Source: Cyanobacteria bacterium P01_A01_bin.123 (GTDB lineage Bacteria > Cyanobacteriota > Cyanobacteriia > Phormidesmidales > Phormidesmidaceae). Taken from it: DNA of 11,571 nt. Made by a program: the position numbers and the translations under genes. Under the pieces are notes generated by a model, which saw only the letters and a list, made by a program, of their open reading frames with translations, had not been told where the DNA came from and did not search any database. Shown here one piece after another: positions 6,332-11,571 of the stretch. The DNA lies in the NCBI GenBank assembly GCA_039815185.1, contig JBCBZT010000104.1, forward strand, positions 1-11,571, in the 5' to 3' direction. Positions within the stretch are counted from its first letter, which is position 1; every line of letters starts with the position of its first letter.

Positions 6332-6675
6332 TCATGAAGCAGTGCCCCATGAGTCAATTTGCGTCGAGACAGAAGGAGTAGAAGGAGTGAAAAGAGCAGA
6401 TGGCGTAGCAGTCTCTGGCAGTAACCCTAGTGAGGCCGTACTAAAAACGATAAAACTGCTCCAAAGAATCCCAAACAACTATCTGAACCCCAATCCAATG
6501 ATGAATATCCCACCATGAGTAAGGATGCAGAAAGCAGAGTAAACGGCGATTGTAGTTGTAACCATGACTTGGCAAATGTCTCAGAATTGCAACGAAGAGC
6601 TGAGAGTTTAGGGCGCGCGTTGCGCGCCCTAAACCCTGGTTCCTCTGTAAACGCTGCCAAGTCGTGTATAAACAT
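6332..6675 (-). pseudogene. Possible disrupted small membrane/secreted protein gene
   Basis: Frame from ATG 6565: MVTTTIAVYSAFCILTHGGIFIIGLGFR*(TAG 6479-6481)LFGILWSSFIVFSTASLGLLPETATPSALFTPSTPSVSTQIDSWGTAS*. Its 5' end overlaps the MITE at 6564-6665. An alternative frame is ATG 6675 to 6427. No family recognised. Confidence 0.25.
6564..6665. mobile_element. 102-bp MITE-like element (family 1, copy A, more decayed)
   Basis: Terminal IRs atgacttggca / tgccaagtcgt. Perfect 13-bp central stem gtttagggcgcgc (6606-6618) / gcgcgccctaaac (6622-6634). Aligns without gaps to 11225-11326. Confidence 0.8.
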
Positions 6676-6761
6676 GAACCGCCCAGCCTTTTTGGGTGAT
6701 GTGTTGGAGCTTAGGCATAGCGGTTGATGGGTGGGGATGGGATAGGAGAATGCAGGCTGCA

Positions 6762-8510
6762 CTAGTACTGATGGCCCGATTTACGATGGTTGACGGCTGG
6801 CATGCCGCTGGCGGCGAGCAAATCGCCCTGCTGCACAGTGGCATAGATGAGAACGTGGTCGCCTGTTGATGACTGCTCTACAACGGTGCATTCTACATAG
6901 GCCAACGCGTCGCTGAGAATGGCGCAGGCATTGGTCGCCAGTTCAAAAGGCAGATGCTCAAATGCGTTGGTGGTTCCCTTCTGAGCATTAAAATAGCGAC
7001 GCACAGCCCGACCTTCTTTGAGAATGTTCAGCACAAAGCCAGCACCAGGAAAGAGCTGTCCGATATCGGCGGCATTATGGGGCAGAGCCACCATGAGGCC
7101 AGGGGGGCTAAAGCTGGCTTGGGAGACCCAGGCCGTGAGCAACCCCGAAGGAATGCCCTGGTTCTGAAGAGTGAGGACGCAGAGAGAACCAATAATGCGC
7201 CCTAGTGCCTGGGTGGTGCGATCGCTTTGGGCTTCGGCGATCGCCGGGCGGGCATCCTGCTGTTTACGCTTGCGTAGCTGATGAGCAAACTGAGTCGCAG
7301 CGTTGGTGCAGGCATTTAGGGCCAGTTGATCGGGGCTAAAGCGAACTCGCAAGGGCTCAAAGCCAAAGGGGTAATTCGCATCTTTCAGTTTTTGCTCCAG
7401 CAGATCAATCGCCTCGCCACTCCAGCCATAGGAGCCAAACACCCCCACTAGCTTGGTTTTGGGCACATTGGTCAAAATCAAGCCGAGGGCGGTTTGCACT
7501 TGTACCGGCACATGGCCCCCCAGCGTGGGCGACCCGATAATAAAACCGTCGCACTGGTTGAGAGTATCAAGCAGGGCATCGGGGGCTACCAGCTCACAGT
7601 TAATCGCCTCAACTGCAATTTGAGCGGTATGAAGGGCGTGGGCGATCGCATCGGCCAACCGAGCCGTGTTGCCGTAGGCTGAGGCGTAGAGTAGCGCCAC
7701 CCGCAGCGGCGGCTGGGCTTGCTGTTGGCACCACTGGTGATAGTCTTGCATCAACCGACTCAAGCTATAGCGCACCAGCGGGCCATGGCCAGGGGCAATG
7801 GTCTTGAGGGCTAAAGGCATGCATCGGTCTAGGGCCGTTTTCACCTGTTTAGCCTGGGGCCGGTGCAGGCAGTCAAAATAGTAGCGGCGATCGGCCTCCA
7901 GCCGCCGCCACTGCTCATCCCAGAGGGCATCGTCACAAAGATGAGTGCCAAACAGCTTGTCGCTAAACAGAATTTGGCTGGCCGGATCGTAGGTACACAA
8001 CCCGTCGGGCCAGCGGGGAGTGGGCACCCGCATGAACTGAAGAACGTGGCCCTGGCCCAAATCGAGAGTATCACCAGAGCGCACTGGGCGACATCTGTGG
8101 GCTCGATCAGCCAGGGCAACCTTGAGGGTGTTAGCGGCAGCCCTTGAACAGATCATCTGAGCCTGGGGGGCTAAATCGATCAGGCGAGTTAACGTGCTCA
8201 GCCGATTGATATTGACGTGACTGGTCACGATGTAGTCAATCTGAGAGAGATCGAGCTGGCGCTGTAGTTCCGCTAGGTAAAGGGAGGTAAACGATTCGCC
8301 AGGGGGGTCGAGCAGGGCGATTGTATCACCTTGAATCAGGTAAGCATTGGCGGTGGTACCGCGCTGGCGGCTGTATTCCACCTCAAACTTAAGCCGCTCC
8401 CAGGTGCGCGATCGCAATACTTGAGTGCCAGGGCCGATATCAGCCACCTGGACATCCCGAGGTCGGGAAGCGATAGGAATGGAGACGGGAGAGACACTAG
8501 AGGAAGTCAT
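6762..8510 (-). CDS. flv2: Flavodiiron protein Flv2 (non-canonical diiron site; beta-lactamase-like + flavodoxin + flavin-reductase domains)
   Basis: Motifs RLKFEVEYSRQRGTTANAYL, SHVNINR (replaces HxEPDH), PTPRWPD, DKLFG, YASAYGNT, FGSYGWSGE, WVSQASFSPPG, GDH and HRKSGHQY. Third gene of the flv4-sll0218-flv2 arrangement. Confidence 0.9.
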   Translation of the reverse strand: MTSSSVSPVSIPIASRPRDVQVADIGPGTQVLRSRTWERLKFEVEYSRQRGTTANAYLIQGDTIALLDPPGESFTSLYLAELQRQLDLSQIDYIVTSHVNINRLSTLTRLIDLAPQAQMICSRAAANTLKVALADRAHRCRPVRSGDTLDLGQGHVLQFMRVPTPRWPDGLCTYDPASQILFSDKLFGTHLCDDALWDEQWRRLEADRRYYFDCLHRPQAKQVKTALDRCMPLALKTIAPGHGPLVRYSLSRLMQDYHQWCQQQAQPPLRVALLYASAYGNTARLADAIAHALHTAQIAVEAINCELVAPDALLDTLNQCDGFIIGSPTLGGHVPVQVQTALGLILTNVPKTKLVGVFGSYGWSGEAIDLLEQKLKDANYPFGFEPLRVRFSPDQLALNACTNAATQFAHQLRKRKQQDARPAIAEAQSDRTTQALGRIIGSLCVLTLQNQGIPSGLLTAWVSQASFSPPGLMVALPHNAADIGQLFPGAGFVLNILKEGRAVRRYFNAQKGTTNAFEHLPFELATNACAILSDALAYVECTVVEQSSTGDHVLIYATVQQGDLLAASGMPAVNHRKSGHQY

Positions 8511-8596
8511 AGGATAATGAATGGGGTAAGAGTGGGCAACGGGTTAATGTCAGGCAGAGCGATGTCGAGCCCTGATCAAGAGTTTCGGCTATGGCA

Positions 8597-9118
8597 TTAA
8601 TCGTCGGTCTGACTACCGGCCACGGCGGCGATATCGGAGCCAAAGCGAATACGGTGTCGTCGTGAAATTTCCTGTTCTGGATTGACGCCATCGAAGGTGG
8701 GTGGAATCCAGGCCCGAACGACCAATAAACCACCCAGCACGATCAAAAACGAGCAGCTGGCCAGTACCTGAGTCCAGGGAGTTTCGAGTACACCTCGAAC
8801 AATGATTTCTCGCAGCACCGAGACGATAGACACCTCCACTGCTACTCCAATGGAGACCCGGTGCTCTTGCAGATAAATAATGAGCAACCGAAACAGCTCT
8901 ACCAAGATCAGCAGAAAGAGAATATCGGCGGTTACTTCGGGGAAGTTGAGCGGCGGCAGCAGCGACAGAAACATCTGGCGTAGCTGCATCACCATGAAGC
9001 CAAACAGCCCAATACACAGAGAAATAACAATCAGGTCTTGAACTAGCTCAAGCAAACGAACCACATAGTTGCCGTTGAGCCAGGTGAGCCAACGGGATGA
9101 ATCGGGGAGGTTTTGCAT
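8597..9118 (-). CDS. Sll0218-like small membrane protein (PsiE family)
   Basis: Four hydrophobic helices and motif DILFLLILVELFRLLIIYL.E.RVSIGVAVEVSIVSVLREIIV. Sits between two flv genes, as Sll0218 does in Synechocystis. Confidence 0.9.
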   Translation of the reverse strand: MQNLPDSSRWLTWLNGNYVVRLLELVQDLIVISLCIGLFGFMVMQLRQMFLSLLPPLNFPEVTADILFLLILVELFRLLIIYLQEHRVSIGVAVEVSIVSVLREIIVRGVLETPWTQVLASCSFLIVLGGLLVVRAWIPPTFDGVNPEQEISRRHRIRFGSDIAAVAGSQTDD

Positions 9119-9235
9119 GGGAGTACCGTATGGGTGAAGGGGCGAGGGTACAGAGAGGGTGAAGGGGGGTGAGGGAGTTTTGAGTGATCTTCTGTTGTCT
9201 ATAGCAAGAAAGGCAACCTAGTTCTGCCTCCTGCC

Positions 9236-10966
9236 TTAGTAGTGATTGCTGGCCTGGCGGTGGTGTACAGCCGTCAGGCCATCGGGTTTTGCCACCCGCC
9301 CCACTGTGGCCGTGCAGTAGATAATCCAGTGGTCCCCCGCCTCTAGTCGATGGTTGACAGTGCATTCTAGGTAAGCCAAAGCCTCGGCCAAAATGGGCGA
9401 GCCGTTGTGGGCTGCGTAGGTGACAATCTCCTCAAAGCGATCGCCACCGGGGGGAAACCGTTTTAGAAAGTGCTTCATCAACCACTGGTTATTACCGTCT
9501 TCCAGCACGTTGAGCACAAAGGTATCGCCGCCGTGTAACAGCGATTCAATTGCACGATCTTTGGCCACCGCGATCGCAATACCAGCAGGCTGAATGCTGG
9601 CCTGAATCACCCAGGAGGCTAGCATGGCACTGCTGACATCGCCCTTTTGGGCCGTGAGAATGTAAAGGCCAGTACTGAGCCGCCCCAGAGCCTGGTCTAG
9701 CCCAGAGTTTTGCGGTTGATTTTGTTTTTCAGTTCGGTCGCGATTGACCCACTGGCCCAGGTCGGTGCCCGCCTCTTCGCAGAGTTTATCGGTGGCCTCG
9801 GTGGGGGTCGCTTTAAGTAAGATTGGCTCGAAGGCTACCCTGAGGCCAAGCTCTTGAAACCGATTGCGCAGCGGAAAAATCGGTTCATCCTGGCCACCAC
9901 CAGTTTCAAACAGACCAACCGCCTGCTTGGGGTGCACCGCTGCCAGCACAGTGCTCAAAATCGGTTCTAGACCAGGAACCGCTTGGGGCGGCATACCCAG
10001 GATCAAACCTGTAGCCGTAGTCACCACCTCCCGCACAGCATGAATATCGGTGTCGAGCAAGTCTACCAGCTCGACAGCGGTGTTGGTTTTGAGTAGACCC
10101 TGGCCCAGGGCATGGACCAGGCGATCGCTGTGCCCATACTCTCCGGCATAGACGATCGCCACAAAGGATTCGGCCTGAGCCCGAGCCTCGCTCCAGGTGC
10201 GATAGTACCCGATCCAGTCGCTCAGGTGATGGCGCAACAGGGGGCCATGACCAGTGGCAATTTGGCTCACCGAGAAGGGTTCCATTCGCTTGAGAGCGGC
10301 CAGCACCGAGCGGGCGTTTGGCCCCATCAAACAGTCGTAGTAGAGCTGAAAATCCGCCTCCAGCAGGGCTGGAGTTTCATCGTAGAGGGTATCGTCGCAG
10401 TAGTGCAGCCCAAAAACATCACAGGTATAGAGCACCTCAGTCCCCAGGTCATAGGTGAGCATGGTATCGGGCCAGTGAAGGTTGGGTGCCGAGACAAAGG
10501 CCAGCTCATGGCCGTTGCCCAAGTCCAGGCGATCGCCGCTCTTTACTATCTGCGACTCAAAGGGACGATGGAGCTGGCTTTGCAAAAACTGAATCGCCAC
10601 CTTAGAAGCCACCACCGTCAGTTGGGGTGCCAAGGCCAGCAGGTCGCCAATTAGCCCACTGTGGTCAGGTTCGGTGTGGTTGACGATCAGGTAGTCCAGT
10701 GCTGAGAGATCGACGGTCGCCTGCAATTCTTGCAGGTACAACGGCCTAAATTTGCTGTGAGACGTATCGATGAGTGCGGTTTTCTCGCCCCGAATCAAAA
10801 ATGAATTGTAGGTCGTACCGTTTTGCAGCTCAAATTCAATATCAAAGCGATCGCGATCCCAATCCAGGCAGCGAATCGCAGTTGAATCAGGCGCGATCGC
10901 CGCAGTTTGCACGGTCAGTCGATGGGCGAGGGGAGAAGCTAAGCGTACATCCGTCAGGGTAACCAT
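9236..10966 (-). CDS. flv4: Flavodiiron protein Flv4 (canonical diiron ligands)
   Basis: Motifs DWDRDRFDIEF.LQNGTTYNSFL, NHTEPDHSG, PNLHWPD, CDVFG, GHGP and C-terminal flavin reductase (SAMLASWV...GDHWI...HHR). First gene of the flv4-sll0218-flv2 triad. Confidence 0.92.
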   Translation of the reverse strand: MVTLTDVRLASPLAHRLTVQTAAIAPDSTAIRCLDWDRDRFDIEFELQNGTTYNSFLIRGEKTALIDTSHSKFRPLYLQELQATVDLSALDYLIVNHTEPDHSGLIGDLLALAPQLTVVASKVAIQFLQSQLHRPFESQIVKSGDRLDLGNGHELAFVSAPNLHWPDTMLTYDLGTEVLYTCDVFGLHYCDDTLYDETPALLEADFQLYYDCLMGPNARSVLAALKRMEPFSVSQIATGHGPLLRHHLSDWIGYYRTWSEARAQAESFVAIVYAGEYGHSDRLVHALGQGLLKTNTAVELVDLLDTDIHAVREVVTTATGLILGMPPQAVPGLEPILSTVLAAVHPKQAVGLFETGGGQDEPIFPLRNRFQELGLRVAFEPILLKATPTEATDKLCEEAGTDLGQWVNRDRTEKQNQPQNSGLDQALGRLSTGLYILTAQKGDVSSAMLASWVIQASIQPAGIAIAVAKDRAIESLLHGGDTFVLNVLEDGNNQWLMKHFLKRFPPGGDRFEEIVTYAAHNGSPILAEALAYLECTVNHRLEAGDHWIIYCTATVGRVAKPDGLTAVHHRQASNHY

Positions 10967-10999
10967 GGAGCATATCTATCCTCATTGAGAGCGAGCTCG

Positions 11000-11112
11000 A
11001 CATACCTTAATGATTGACACACCAGCATAATTTGTAAAATGTCAATATCCAAAGTCATTGATTAGCAATTTATATCAAAAAAATGCATTGCATTTACTTG
11101 GCATATCTATTG
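11000..11112 (-). promoter_or_regulatory. AT-rich flv4 promoter region with a degenerate LysR-type site
   Basis: AT-rich stretch upstream of flv4. ATTAG-caatt-TATAT (11061-11075) fits T-N11-A but is not a perfect NdhR or RbcR box. Confidence 0.35.
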
Positions 11113-11224
11113 ATCGGTGTCGTGGGTAGGGACTGGTCCTAGGGCAGGCTGGTTGCAATAAAGAGTGCATGAGCCTCACGGCCCATAGATCTGGGTCAAT
11201 GACGTCTTCGCTGGCGTCCACGTT

Positions 11225-11326
11225 ATGACTTGGAAAACTTCTCAGATTCACGACGAAAAAATGAACACTTGAGGCGCGCTCCGCACGCCTCAAGCGTTCA
11301 TTTTTTCGTAAACTTTGCCAAGTCAT
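11225..11326. mobile_element. 102-bp MITE-like element (family 1, copy B) with perfect 9-bp target-site duplication
   Basis: gtccacgtt (11216-11224) | atgacttgg...ccaagtcat | gtccacgtt (11327-11335). Internal 27-bp stem acgaaaaaatgaacacttgaggcgcgc-tcc-gcacgcctcaagcgttcattttttcgt has only two A/C oppositions. Confidence 0.88.
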
Positions 11327-11350
11327 GTCCACGTTCCGTGGGCACGAAAC

Positions 11351-11399
11351 CCGCCGACTCAAAAAACCGGGGTCATGCCCTGGCTTTTTGAGTCGGCGG
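11351..11399 (-). terminator. Long hairpin immediately downstream of sbtB (terminator or 3' stabiliser)
   Basis: ccgccgactcaaaaa / tttttgagtcggcgg perfect 15-bp outer stem plus an imperfect inner stem, starting 9 nt after the sbtB stop. Confidence 0.65.
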
Positions 11400-11408
11400 C
11401 GTCTCGAT

Positions 11409-11571
<163 letters not shown>

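Noticed and set aside
6240..6518. 92-aa plus-strand ORF
   Set aside because: Its ATG overlaps the RbcR-like box with no SD; antisense to the candidate minus-strand frame.
6479..6565. 28-aa ORF as PetL/PetN/NdhP/NdhQ
   Set aside because: Size is similar but none of the diagnostic residues are present.
6427..6844. ORFs 6427..6762, 6515..6727 and 6629..6844 as intact genes (e.g. MrpC)
   Set aside because: They read through the MITE or overlap flv2; no MrpC motifs.
10112..10654. 180-aa plus-strand ORF
   Set aside because: Antisense shadow of flv4; an As1_flv4-like RNA cannot be inferred from sequence alone.
6762..10966. Assignment as flv1/flv3
   Set aside because: The intervening PsiE-family gene and canonical-then-non-canonical order match flv4-sll0218-flv2.
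6564..11326. Composite transposon carrying the flv operon
   Set aside because: Copy B has its own 9-bp duplication, outer flanks do not match (gttgtaacc vs gtccacgtt), copies are divergent, and no transposase is present.

Overview
Cyanobacterial genomic window (at least 15 HIP1 GCGATCGC sites) in which every supported gene lies on the minus strand and nearly all relate to inorganic-carbon (Ci) limitation. In transcription order, right to left: the 3' end of sbtB (with the CGPDGC R-loop); the flv4 - sll0218-like (PsiE family) - flv2 flavodiiron operon; a decayed or ambiguous small hydrophobic ORF; an atypical CP12 behind an exact RbcR-type box; bicA behind two perfect NdhR/CcmR boxes; nhaS3; a 64-aa membrane protein; a DUF6671-like Cys-rich protein; and the 5' part of an MrpD/NdhD5-6-type antiporter subunit. 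The intergenic DNA holds several MITE-like hairpin elements. One ~102-bp family occurs twice, bracketing the flv operon, with compensatory stem changes and a perfect 9-bp target duplication at one copy. Another pair shows a nested insertion. The main candidates for new biology are the co-located low-Ci super-locus, the uncharacterised DUF6671 and small-protein genes inside the bicA-nhaS3-mrp unit, and the Cys-rearranged CP12. All family assignments come from recognising motifs by eye; no searches were run.
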